Origin: an uncultured cyanobacterium
GTDB lineage: Bacteria; Cyanobacteriota; Cyanobacteriia; Cyanobacteriales; Nostocaceae
Length of the DNA stretch: 64,000 nt
Direction: 5' to 3'
NCBI GenBank assembly: GCA_963740315.1
Contig: CAVUDP010000002.1
Location: 672,001 to 736,000, forward strand
The translations under genes and the position numbers were made by a program. Positions 32,096 to 41,468 of this stretch are shown piece by piece. The notes below the pieces were generated by a model. It was given only the letters and a program-made list of their open reading frames with translations, ran no database searches and was not told where the DNA came from. The first letter of the stretch is position 1; every line of letters begins with the position of its first letter.

Positions 32096-32184
32096 TTTCA
32101 TTTGAATTCAAAACCCTTAAAATAGAAACTACCTCTCTTTTCTTTTCCTCTGCGCCCTCTGCGTACTCTGCGGTTTTATAATTA

Positions 32185-33456
32185 TTAATATGCTGGCGAA
32201 TTTAATTTAAGTACCGCTTTCAATTCACTATGATAAGTATCCATCCCATTCCACAAAATCCCCGGCAACAAATCCCCAAAAGCATTAATCTCCAAAACAG
32301 CGTGTTGCTGCCAATCTGGTAAAATCATCAAGTCAACTCCGCAATATAAACTATTAGGAAATAACCCCGCAGCTTGTTCGCAGGTGCTTGTCATTTTCTG
32401 CCAATTCTCATCACCAACAAGAGCTAAAAATTCCTCTATATTTCCTCTTTCGTTACCCAAATGTAAGTTAGTCATCGGACTTTTCCCCAAACGAACAACT
32501 GTATGCTGTGCTTCACCGTTAATAACCACAACTCGCAAATCAAAACCACATCCTTGTAACCTTGCTTTCGGCAGCCATTCCTCAACCTGTACTCCTTCCG
32601 CTGTCAAAATGTTGATAATATCGGCGATTTCTTCGCGTTTTGTATAGTTACGAATTCTACGGGAATTATAAAGTAAAGTTGCCCCGTCTTCTCGCACTCT
32701 TTCCACGGTGGTGATAGCGGATTCAAAGCGGGAATTAGCACGGTAAGCGATGACACCAGAAGCGCTCGAACCGTGAGATAATTTTACGAACACTCGTTGC
32801 AAATCTTGAGCTTGCATTTGTTCGCGCAGGTGTTCGTAACTGTGGATTTTCCCCAAACTACGCGCTACGGGAACGTTGTTTTTGCTAAATATTTCGTGAC
32901 ACCTTGGTTTGTCAAACATTACCGCAATATCACGGGGATGATTCATAACTTTATTCTCCCCTCTACTTAAACAAGGAGAGGAGTTGGGGGTGAGGTTATT
33001 CGTAAAATCAGGAAAAGAATTAGGGGTGAGGTTCAATTCCTGTTCCCATCGTTGCAACAAATTCCGCCATCCCAAATACCACTGTCGCGGGTAAAGAATC
33101 CGCCCCTTATCAAACTCCAACTTCGCAACTTCTTGACTACTAATTCGCTGATGAGTATTATTTTCTCCCCCCTCTACCCCCTCTCCCCCCTCTACCCCCT
33201 CTAATCCTTCCCCCGCAACAATAATCGCTTTATCAACCTCAAAGTTTTTTTCAGGAGAATCAAAGCGGATGATATTGTTGGGTTTGAATTGTTCGAGGTT
33301 TTGTTTACCTGTAATTAAGTCTGCATAGGAGATGACGGTTGCGGGTGGTAGGTTGAGGTTTGCAAGTGCTTGCTGGAGGAATCCGACGCGACGGTTTTCC
33401 GGGTTGGCTATGATGGTGAAGTTTTGCATGGGGTTTTGATTTTTAATATTACTCAT
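32185..33456 (-). CDS. ATP-grasp protein, STM4014-like
   Basis: NPENRR, MFDK, FVKLSHGSSASG, VEEWLPK, DLRVVV, TNLHLGN, GVDL, LEINAFGDLLP; ATG overlaps the upstream stop (ATGAGTAA). Confidence 0.85.
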   Translation of the reverse strand: MSNIKNQNPMQNFTIIANPENRRVGFLQQALANLNLPPATVISYADLITGKQNLEQFKPNNIIRFDSPEKNFEVDKAIIVAGEGLEGVEGGEGVEGGENNTHQRISSQEVAKLEFDKGRILYPRQWYLGWRNLLQRWEQELNLTPNSFPDFTNNLTPNSSPCLSRGENKVMNHPRDIAVMFDKPRCHEIFSKNNVPVARSLGKIHSYEHLREQMQAQDLQRVFVKLSHGSSASGVIAYRANSRFESAITTVERVREDGATLLYNSRRIRNYTKREEIADIINILTAEGVQVEEWLPKARLQGCGFDLRVVVINGEAQHTVVRLGKSPMTNLHLGNERGNIEEFLALVGDENWQKMTSTCEQAAGLFPNSLYCGVDLMILPDWQQHAVLEINAFGDLLPGILWNGMDTYHSELKAVLKLNSPAY

Positions 33457-34681
33457 GTAAAGCACAGTAACGAGATATACCTACTCCTCTATCAGCTATT
33501 TCTTCTTGATAATCTGCGATTAGCCAACAATCAAGAGGTGAAAATTGTTCAACTTGTTCGAGGAATTCTTCACTTATGCAATTATTAGAAACATCAAGAG
33601 TATGTAAATTAGAAATAGCCGGAACTCCAATTAAGTTTTCTAAACCTTCGTCTGTTAGATTTCCCATCGTTAAATCAAGCACTAAAAGATTATCAACTAT
33701 AGGAGATTCAGCCATGAAAGAAGATTCCATGATTGCTTCGGTGATAGCATCAGCGTATTCACAACTGCGTATTCCTAAATAGTTCAAATTTGGAAACGAT
33801 TCGCCAAAAAGAATCGGTTTCAAACTTTTTATAACGTTGTCGCAACTATTTTCAAAACATCTACCTATCCATAGCTCGAAATATTCTAAAGCTGGTAGAT
33901 TAAGCGAACACATTATCTGAATTGAAATATTGCTAATATCTCTCGTTTCAATAATCAACGTTTTTAAATTATTATGTCCTAACGCACCACTGTGTAATTC
34001 AGTACAGCAACCACGAAGGTGTAATACTTCTAAATTTGGAAAACTTGATAACAAAAAATTGATATCACCTATTCCTTGGTAAGATTTTCTAAATTGCTCT
34101 ATTTGCTCATCACCGACAAATAAAGCTTCTAAATTTTCTAATTCCTTCCGATGATTATAAATAAATTCAGCTAAATCATCATACTCTTCACTAACTTCGT
34201 AATAAACATTATAGTCTTGTAAATAACAAATTAAAGCTTCAACTTCATTGACTCTATCATCTTGTATTAAAAGCTTTAATTTCTCCAAATTCACAACATA
34301 AGCTTTATTCTCAGGATTCACAATCCCAATTTCAGAATCAAACTCTTCAACTTCCCAATCTTCCAACTTCGTAAAATACAAATAAGGATCGAATTCCAAC
34401 AGCGCTCGTTTTCCCTTTTCTCTTCCCCTTTCCTTCAACAATCTCACAGCAAAACTTTTTACCTGTAATGAATCATCTTCCAACGCTTCAATTACCAAAT
34501 CCAAACCCGCTTCCCCATAATTCAACGCATCCGAAAGCGCTTTAATTCGCACATCTACAATTTCACTTTCCAACCGTAACCGTCGCTTTACCCCTTCAAT
34601 TCCTCCCAACACAACACCCGTAACTGGAGGTGGTGTGTTTCCTCCTAAAACTGCGTCGAATTCTCTTGGTTGTTGTGACAT
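33449..34681 (-). CDS. STM4015-like LRR protein with shared N-terminal module
   Basis: LEALFVGD, FPNLEVLHLRG, LPALEYFELWIG, C-terminal RYCALHE. Confidence 0.82.
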   Translation of the reverse strand: MSQQPREFDAVLGGNTPPPVTGVVLGGIEGVKRRLRLESEIVDVRIKALSDALNYGEAGLDLVIEALEDDSLQVKSFAVRLLKERGREKGKRALLEFDPYLYFTKLEDWEVEEFDSEIGIVNPENKAYVVNLEKLKLLIQDDRVNEVEALICYLQDYNVYYEVSEEYDDLAEFIYNHRKELENLEALFVGDEQIEQFRKSYQGIGDINFLLSSFPNLEVLHLRGCCTELHSGALGHNNLKTLIIETRDISNISIQIMCSLNLPALEYFELWIGRCFENSCDNVIKSLKPILFGESFPNLNYLGIRSCEYADAITEAIMESSFMAESPIVDNLLVLDLTMGNLTDEGLENLIGVPAISNLHTLDVSNNCISEEFLEQVEQFSPLDCWLIADYQEEIADRGVGISRYCALHE

Positions 34682-34856
34682 AATGCTTTTGTTTTGATAA
34701 CTATATTAGGTTTCCCAAAAATCGATGCTTATTAACTGATGTTTTTAAAACTTATATTTTGCGTGTGGATTCATAATCCGCTTACGGTTGCAAACCAAAG
34801 TTGTTTAAGGTTTATAAATCAACATTCCAAAACGTTTTTCACTCAGTTATGCACAT

Positions 34857-36209
34857 TTATTCATATATAATATGGTGATGATAATCAGATAAAATGTGAT
34901 AACGATAGCTTGAATCCTTAGCTTGCATTTCTGTAATCACTCTACATTTTAAATTTGATAATTCTTTAACTACTTCCGAAGATAAAATATTCATCGATAC
35001 ATCAAGAGTATGAAGTTGATTAATGTTTGGACAATCTAAGAAAAAATCTGCTCCTTCATCAGTTAAATTCCCCATTGAAAGGTCAAGAACTACAAGATTA
35101 TCGAGTAAGGGTGAATGTACTATTAATTCTGCAATAGCATTAGAGTAGTTACAGCTACGCAATCCTAAATATTTAAGGTTAGGAAATGCTTTTCCTGTAA
35201 TGATTGGTAATAAATTGTTAAGAGCCGATTGTTTTATACTATTAAAATCGTCATCAGGATTTCTATCTTCATAATATTGCGGTTCATATTCTTCATCATT
35301 ACCTAGCCATAACTCAAGGTATTCTAGTGCTGGTAATTCAAGCTCGCAAATCTGGTCAATTATTTTGCTCTCTAACATATAACCAGTTTCAACAATTAAG
35401 GTTTGAAGACACTTATGTCGTAATGGAGTAAAAGATAAATAGTTTAAATCATATCCGAAACCACGAACTTGCAATGCTTCTAAGTTAGGATAAGCTTCTA
35501 AAATAGGACTCATATTACCTAAAATCACATTAGAAACATTGTATTCATAATCATGTTTATCTCCTATATACAAAGCTTTAATATTTTTTAATCTTTCTTT
35601 AGCATTTATTAAAGCATTAGCAACAAGCTTTTCAGAGGTTGGTCTTGCATATTTACATTGAAAAGCTTCTATATTGTTAAATTTAAAATCTTGCAGAATT
35701 TCAAGCAAGTCATCTAAAGTATTATCTTGATTTTCGATATCATAATATTTATAATATTGAAGATATTCAAATGCTTCATCTATATTATTTTCTTGTTCTC
35801 CGATACAACTGTTTGTAAAAGTATAAGCATTATCAATATTTTCATAGTCACTAAAATAATCGTCAATTTCTTGAAAATTATAATTATCTATTTTCGTAAA
35901 ATACAAATAAGGGTCAAATTTCAACAACCCTTGTTTACCTTTTTCACCTCCAAATTCTTTCAACAACCTCGAAGCAAAACCTTTTACCTGTAACGAATCA
36001 TCTTCCAACGCTTCAATCACCAAATCCAAACCCGCTTCCCCATAATTCAAAGCATCTCTAAGCGCTGCAATCCTGACATCATCATCTTCACTTTGCAACC
36101 GTCGTTTTACCCCTTCAATTCCTCCCAACACAACACCAGTTACCGGAGCCGGATTTTTACCACCTAAAACTACATCGAATTCTCTTGGTTGATTTTGATT
36201 GCTATTCAT
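34857..36209 (-). CDS. STM4015-like LRR protein with shared N-terminal module
   Basis: ALYIGD, YPNLEALQVRG, LPALEYLELWLG, FPNLKYLGL. Confidence 0.82.
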   Translation of the reverse strand: MNSNQNQPREFDVVLGGKNPAPVTGVVLGGIEGVKRRLQSEDDDVRIAALRDALNYGEAGLDLVIEALEDDSLQVKGFASRLLKEFGGEKGKQGLLKFDPYLYFTKIDNYNFQEIDDYFSDYENIDNAYTFTNSCIGEQENNIDEAFEYLQYYKYYDIENQDNTLDDLLEILQDFKFNNIEAFQCKYARPTSEKLVANALINAKERLKNIKALYIGDKHDYEYNVSNVILGNMSPILEAYPNLEALQVRGFGYDLNYLSFTPLRHKCLQTLIVETGYMLESKIIDQICELELPALEYLELWLGNDEEYEPQYYEDRNPDDDFNSIKQSALNNLLPIITGKAFPNLKYLGLRSCNYSNAIAELIVHSPLLDNLVVLDLSMGNLTDEGADFFLDCPNINQLHTLDVSMNILSSEVVKELSNLKCRVITEMQAKDSSYRYHILSDYHHHIIYE

Positions 36210-36403
36210 TTTTTTATTAATTGATATTTGTTTTAAAACTTTTGAAAAATTTGGCGTTGAGATTCACACCCGCTTACGATTGCAAACCGCAAGCTAATAG
36301 CAGAAGTCCATTAAAATGGACTGGTTTATTTAAATTTTTCAGTCCTATTTATAGGACTTTCGCTGTTAGCCTTGGGTTTGCAACGATTCGGTGGTTTAGG
36401 TTT

Positions 36404-37663
36404 TCACTCAGCCACAGCACAATAACGATATTCATCATCATAATCACCATCTCTATTCTGCTTCTCTGCTAACAATTGACAATTAAGCGTAGACAAATCA
36501 TCAACCATTTCATCTGATAAACAACATTCGGAAACGTTGAGAATATCAAGCTCGTTTACCGCAGCACAATTAAGCAATAATTCTGCACCTTCATCGCTCA
36601 AATTTCCCAGCGATAAATCGAGTACGCTAATCGTTTCAATTAAAGAATAACTAACTACGGCTGCTGCAATATCATCCGCAAACTGACTGTTACGCAATCC
36701 TAAATAAGTCAAATCAGGAAATACTAAATCTTTAACAATTGGTTTTAAATTTACAACCGAACAATCTCCACCATAATTATCGCTACCAAACCATAATTCT
36801 AAATGCTCTAATGCAGGTAAATTCATGTTGCAAATTTGAGCAACTGTTTCGCTACTTAATCTCGCAGTTTCTACAATCAGCGCTTGTAAATTATTGTGTC
36901 TTACTGGCGCATTAAATCGTAACCCTTCTCCCCCGCGTATTTGCAATACTTCTAATTGAGGATAACCTCTTAAAATAGGACTTATATCAGTTTGTATAAT
37001 CCAAGCTATTTCGCTTTCTTGGTAATGAACATCGCCGAGAAAAACGGCTTTCAAATTAGTTAATTTATTTTTAGCTTTTACAAGTTCATTAACAATTTTG
37101 TCGTAACCTTCTGCAACATCTGAGTACCACGAACTAAAAATCAAAGCTTCTAATTTACTGGCTTGGGAATCTTCTAAAAGACTTGTAAGCTGTTCTTTTG
37201 TAGGAGGGCGATCGCCATCGTAATTCGATCGTAAAGCATAAGCTGTATTCTCAAAGTCTTTAATCCCAACTTCCACGCTGTAATCAACAACTTGACGATT
37301 AGCAAACCGCTCGGCGTGCTGTCCTTTATACCCAATATATCCCTGCAATCGCTCAAATAAATCCCAAGGCTGATATTCTCGCAACGCTTGCTTTACCCGT
37401 GCTTCTTCTCGCTTCCGCAATAACTTATAAGCATGACGCTGTAAAGTCTTCGGCTCCCACCGCAAAGCTTGAATTACCAACTCCAAGCCCGCATTGCCAT
37501 ACTTCAAAGCATCGGTAAGCGCGGCAAGTTTCACGTCTACTACTGGGTTTGATAACCTACGCTGCACACCCTCAATTCCACCTAACACCGCACTATGGAT
37601 CGGTGGTGGAGATTGTCCCCCTAACACAGCATCATACTTTCCTGGTTGATTTTGTTCTGCCAT
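36404..37663 (-). CDS. STM4015-like LRR protein with shared N-terminal module (most canonical copy)
   Basis: LKAVFLGD...ESEIAWI, LEHLELWFGSDNYGG, C-terminal RYCAVAE. Confidence 0.85.
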   Translation of the reverse strand: MAEQNQPGKYDAVLGGQSPPPIHSAVLGGIEGVQRRLSNPVVDVKLAALTDALKYGNAGLELVIQALRWEPKTLQRHAYKLLRKREEARVKQALREYQPWDLFERLQGYIGYKGQHAERFANRQVVDYSVEVGIKDFENTAYALRSNYDGDRPPTKEQLTSLLEDSQASKLEALIFSSWYSDVAEGYDKIVNELVKAKNKLTNLKAVFLGDVHYQESEIAWIIQTDISPILRGYPQLEVLQIRGGEGLRFNAPVRHNNLQALIVETARLSSETVAQICNMNLPALEHLELWFGSDNYGGDCSVVNLKPIVKDLVFPDLTYLGLRNSQFADDIAAAVVSYSLIETISVLDLSLGNLSDEGAELLLNCAAVNELDILNVSECCLSDEMVDDLSTLNCQLLAEKQNRDGDYDDEYRYCAVAE

Positions 37664-37847
37664 GACATCTTTTTAGAACTACTGCTATTAGATTTCCCAA
37701 AAATGGCGATCGCTTATACATCTGCCGACATTTTTACCCGTCACCATTTGTAATTTAATCCTAGAAAACATAATAGTACATTAGTTCTACAAAAGAAACC
37801 CCTAATGTTATCTGTATTTATTTACGACATTGGTTATCTGTATTTAT

Positions 37848-38408
37848 TTACGACATCTGAATCACACCACAAGCAACACGATTACCTGCATCACCGCTTG
37901 GCTGAGATTTCAAATCGTCTTCTCCTGAATGGACGATAACGGCTTTACCTACTATAGAGTTAGCGCCATCGAGACTAAGTAACTTATCAACTTGGTTGTA
38001 TTTAGCGTTACCGGAAGCGTCGGCGGTGATGTTGCCTAAATCGCCGACGTGGCGCTTGTCAGCAGCAGCATCGGGGGCACCGTGGGGACTGCCGTTTGGT
38101 GCATAATGACCGCCTGCGGAAGTGGCATCCGGGGCGCTACAATCACCTTTCTCGTGAATGTGGAATCCGTGTTTACCCGGTGATAAACCTGTGATATCGG
38201 CAACTACTTGTACCCCAGATGGTTCCGGTGTGAAGGTAACTTTGCCGCTAACATCATTTCCTTCTGTTGGCTGAAGATTAACGGCTGCAACTTTGCTCTG
38301 AGTATCGGTTGTTCCTCCCTCGGTGGCAGTTTCGGTTGTATTACAGCCCGCAGTTAAAACAGTGATGCTTAACAAAGCAATGATTAATTTATTTTGATAG
38401 ATGTTCAT
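37848..38408 (-). CDS. sodC: Cu/Zn superoxide dismutase, lipoprotein
   Basis: HGFHIHE, SAGGHY, RHVGDLGNI, GDAGNRVACGVI; lipobox TAGC. Confidence 0.95.
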   Translation of the reverse strand: MNIYQNKLIIALLSITVLTAGCNTTETATEGGTTDTQSKVAAVNLQPTEGNDVSGKVTFTPEPSGVQVVADITGLSPGKHGFHIHEKGDCSAPDATSAGGHYAPNGSPHGAPDAAADKRHVGDLGNITADASGNAKYNQVDKLLSLDGANSIVGKAVIVHSGEDDLKSQPSGDAGNRVACGVIQMS

Positions 38409-38624
38409 GACTAAATGTAAAGGATTAAAGGAAAACTCGAACTTAGTTTGCTGCCGATCGCTGAGTGTTAAATTAAAGATAGTATTTATTGGTAAAAATA
38501 ATCTTACCTTAATCGAAGTTTTACCCGTATTGTTCTCAAATTAGATAAAAAAAATGAATCAATTTAGAATAAGTCTCTCTTAGTGATAGGATGTTACCTC
38601 GATGTTTATTCTTTGAAATAAATC

Positions 38625-39137
38625 ATGGCTAAGAATACTCTTCGTAATTTGTTGATTGGTGCGGGAGTCGCTGCGGCTGGTGCAATTGGAACTAAAAAAG
38701 CTGTAGATTACTTCAAGAATCGTGGAAAAGAAGAAGCACCACCAGAAAGCGAACCTGATGCTGAAGCACCCGCAGAAGATGAGGTTGCTTTTGCTTCTGT
38801 TGAGGAAAGTTCGGTTCAAGGCTTTTTAGATTCAAGCTTTGGTGAGGCTGGGCGTTACGTTCCCAATCGAGCGCCGAAGATTTTTGAATATCAAGGCGAA
38901 CAGTACATGGTGATTTGGGCTTACGATAATAAGCAACAGAAAAATCAGATGATGGCTTTCAAGTATACCGATGCAGGTCGTAAGATGGTTGCGAGTGTTG
39001 GATATACGAATGACAAAACTGATTACAATCTCAGCTTAGATCCAACACCTTTCGCCGTTGAAGTAAATGGCAATAAGCTGCAATCCGGGCAGTCTACAAC
39101 AGATGGCACTAGTGATGTCGATTTTGTTCTAGCTTAA
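38625..39137 (+). CDS. Hypothetical protein with N-terminal hydrophobic anchor
   Basis: 170-aa ORF followed by a terminator-like hairpin at 39166-39195. Confidence 0.7.
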   Translation: MAKNTLRNLLIGAGVAAAGAIGTKKAVDYFKNRGKEEAPPESEPDAEAPAEDEVAFASVEESSVQGFLDSSFGEAGRYVPNRAPKIFEYQGEQYMVIWAYDNKQQKNQMMAFKYTDAGRKMVASVGYTNDKTDYNLSLDPTPFAVEVNGNKLQSGQSTTDGTSDVDFVLA

Positions 39138-39631
39138 TTTAAAGCTAAAAATCAGATTTTTTAATAAAGGGTTGCAGCAATTGCGCCCTTTTTTATGTTT
39201 GATTAAGAGTTCGGAAGAATAAAATTTCTATAAATCATTTCCAGGTAAATATTATGACCAATATCGTCTATAAATCATAGAGTCTTTATAAATATTTACT
39301 AACTCATCCTATCGTTAGAGAAATATTTGAAATATTCATTCTAAAGAAGGAGCAATTTTTGTAGTCTTAAGCGTTAACTTTTAATTAGTGAATAAAATTA
39401 TTTGTAAAAGTGTCAAGGGCTAGCGGTATCGAAGCTACTGTTGATACGGCTTAATTTACAGCAAACCACAGTTAAATATTACACGTAAATATTTTTACTT
39501 GTGAACTAAGCTACGTTTTTAACAACCATTAAGTTTCGCAAGCAATTATACCGTCTTCGTTTTGCCGTTTATCTGTTATTTACCTTTAACGCTTTTACTA
39601 ACCTCCGTAAATTAAAAAGAGAGAAGAACAC

Positions 39632-40084
39632 ATGGCTAACAATCCAATCGAAAATATCATTCCCAATCAACCTCCTGTCGATCAAAAGAAGTCCGATGCT
39701 CACGTGCTTAAGTCTCGTTTAGAGTGGGGTGAGCCTGCATTTACCATTATCGACGTGCGCGATCGCCCAACCTACAATGACGGTCACATCATGGGCGCGG
39801 TATCAATGCCGATGGATGGTTTAGGTAATACAGCAGCGGAAAGTTTAGCTAAAAGCCGCGATATCTACGTTTACGGTGCAAGCGATGCTGATACTACCCA
39901 AGCCGCACAAGCTTTAAGAACTTCGGGTTTTGAAAATGTATCCGAACTAAAAGGTGGACTTGCTGCATGGAAAGCGATCGGCGGTCCTACTGAAGGTATT
40001 GTAGAATCAAGAACTCCTGTTGGTAAAGATGATTATAACGTCGTCGATAGAATGAAAGACCAAGCAGCAAATATGGACAAGTAA
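39632..40084 (+). CDS. Rhodanese-like domain protein (no catalytic Cys)
   Basis: IIDVR, GHIMGA, LKGGLAAW; IYVYG at the active-loop position. Confidence 0.88.
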   Translation: MANNPIENIIPNQPPVDQKKSDAHVLKSRLEWGEPAFTIIDVRDRPTYNDGHIMGAVSMPMDGLGNTAAESLAKSRDIYVYGASDADTTQAAQALRTSGFENVSELKGGLAAWKAIGGPTEGIVESRTPVGKDDYNVVDRMKDQAANMDK

Positions 40085-40204
40085 GTCAATTTTGGATTTA
40101 TAACAAATTGTAGAGACGCGATATATCGCGTCTCTTTGCGATCTAAACGAACTTATCGAAATTAACCAAACAAGCCATTATCAAATCAACGGGGTTTGAA
40201 AGAT

Positions 40205-40834
40205 TCAATGCTCAAACAAACCGTTAAATTGCAACAAATCCAACTGTACTATTGTTGGTAAGCATTTAAAACAATCTTCGGCTAATTCCAATCTCTCCTC
40301 ACGTTCGAGCATATCTATCAATTTTCGCCGGATGCTGACTAGATAACGCACGTCGTTAGCAGCATAACTCAGTTGAGCATCGGATAAATTTTCTGCATTA
40401 CCCCAATCGGAAGATTGAGCGCTTTTATCAAGTTCCACCTGTTCCAATTGCTGTACCAATTCCTTCAGCCCATGTCTGTTTGTATAAGTACGAACTAATT
40501 TACTGGCAATCTTGGTACAGAAAACCGGATTTACCATGATGCCTAGATAATGACGTAACGTTGCCAAGTCAAAACGGGCAAAGTGAAATATTTTTACAAC
40601 ATTATCTGCTTCTAAGAGTTTTTTCATATTTGGGGCTGCGGTTTGGCCTTGTTCTATCCGCACAACCGTAACCTTACCCTTATCATCCCCTATCTGCACC
40701 AAACACAAACGATCGCGTAAAGGCAATAGTCCCATAGTTTCGGTATCTACAGCAATCGCCTCACACTTGAGATACTCCTGCATAGTCGCATCATCAAAAT
40801 CGCGATCGCAAACCTGAAAATCTTGTAATTCCAT
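40205..40834 (-). CDS. RNase D-like 3'-5' exonuclease
   Basis: AVDTETMGL, RLCLVQ, FHFARFD, SDW, YAANDV. Confidence 0.9.
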   Translation of the reverse strand: MELQDFQVCDRDFDDATMQEYLKCEAIAVDTETMGLLPLRDRLCLVQIGDDKGKVTVVRIEQGQTAAPNMKKLLEADNVVKIFHFARFDLATLRHYLGIMVNPVFCTKIASKLVRTYTNRHGLKELVQQLEQVELDKSAQSSDWGNAENLSDAQLSYAANDVRYLVSIRRKLIDMLEREERLELAEDCFKCLPTIVQLDLLQFNGLFEH

Positions 40835-40919
40835 GAATCCTTAAAAATCACTGTAGTGTTTGTCAGAGAAAATTCTTGTCAAACACTACTTTATTGTTTA
40901 AGAAAATAATAAATCAAAG

Positions 40920-41468
40920 TTATTGGCTAAGAATAAAAATTTGTGTAAGAAAATATTCGTCTTCACTATTAACAGCGACACCAACCCCAGTCATATTATA
41001 TTTACCCTTAATATTTTTGAGATGTCCCGGACTTTTAATCCAACCCGTTATCGCTTCCACGGCAGGATCGTCATATCCAGCGTTAAAAGCAACGTTTTCA
41101 GCCGCACTGTTGAATTTAATAGAGATGGTATCAACTCGCTTTGCAAAGCCGTTATGACTAAACGGTACGTGATGCTTAGCCATATTTTGACTGTGAATCC
41201 TCGCTTGCTTGGAAATTTTGGCATCCAGTTTCAGCTTCGGCAATTTTTTAGCAACTCGATATTGATTTATCTTGTCAAATATTGCCCTTTCTAATTCAGT
41301 AGTTTTTACAGTAGTAGATAGCTTAACCGGATGTGACGGAATTAACAACGGCTTCTTCACAGTCGGTTCGCTCGTTGACGTATGACCCGGTACGGGCTTT
41401 GTCGCCATCGCGCTAGCTAAAACAAGTGTCGTGAAAGCAATGCCAAGAAAAGTTCGGCTCATGGACAA
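40920..41468 (-). CDS. CAP/SCP domain secreted protein
   Basis: INQYR, HSQNM, AENVA, WIKSPGHLKNI. Confidence 0.9.
   Translation of the reverse strand: MSMSRTFLGIAFTTLVLASAMATKPVPGHTSTSEPTVKKPLLIPSHPVKLSTTVKTTELERAIFDKINQYRVAKKLPKLKLDAKISKQARIHSQNMAKHHVPFSHNGFAKRVDTISIKFNSAAENVAFNAGYDDPAVEAITGWIKSPGHLKNIKGKYNMTGVGVAVNSEDEYFLTQIFILSQ

Noticed and set aside
20361..37663. Classical double-glycine bacteriocin/RiPP precursors, or DGR targets
   Set aside because: The GG motifs precede ~400-aa folded domains, and there is no C39 peptidase transporter, reverse transcriptase or adenine-specific TR/VR pair in the window
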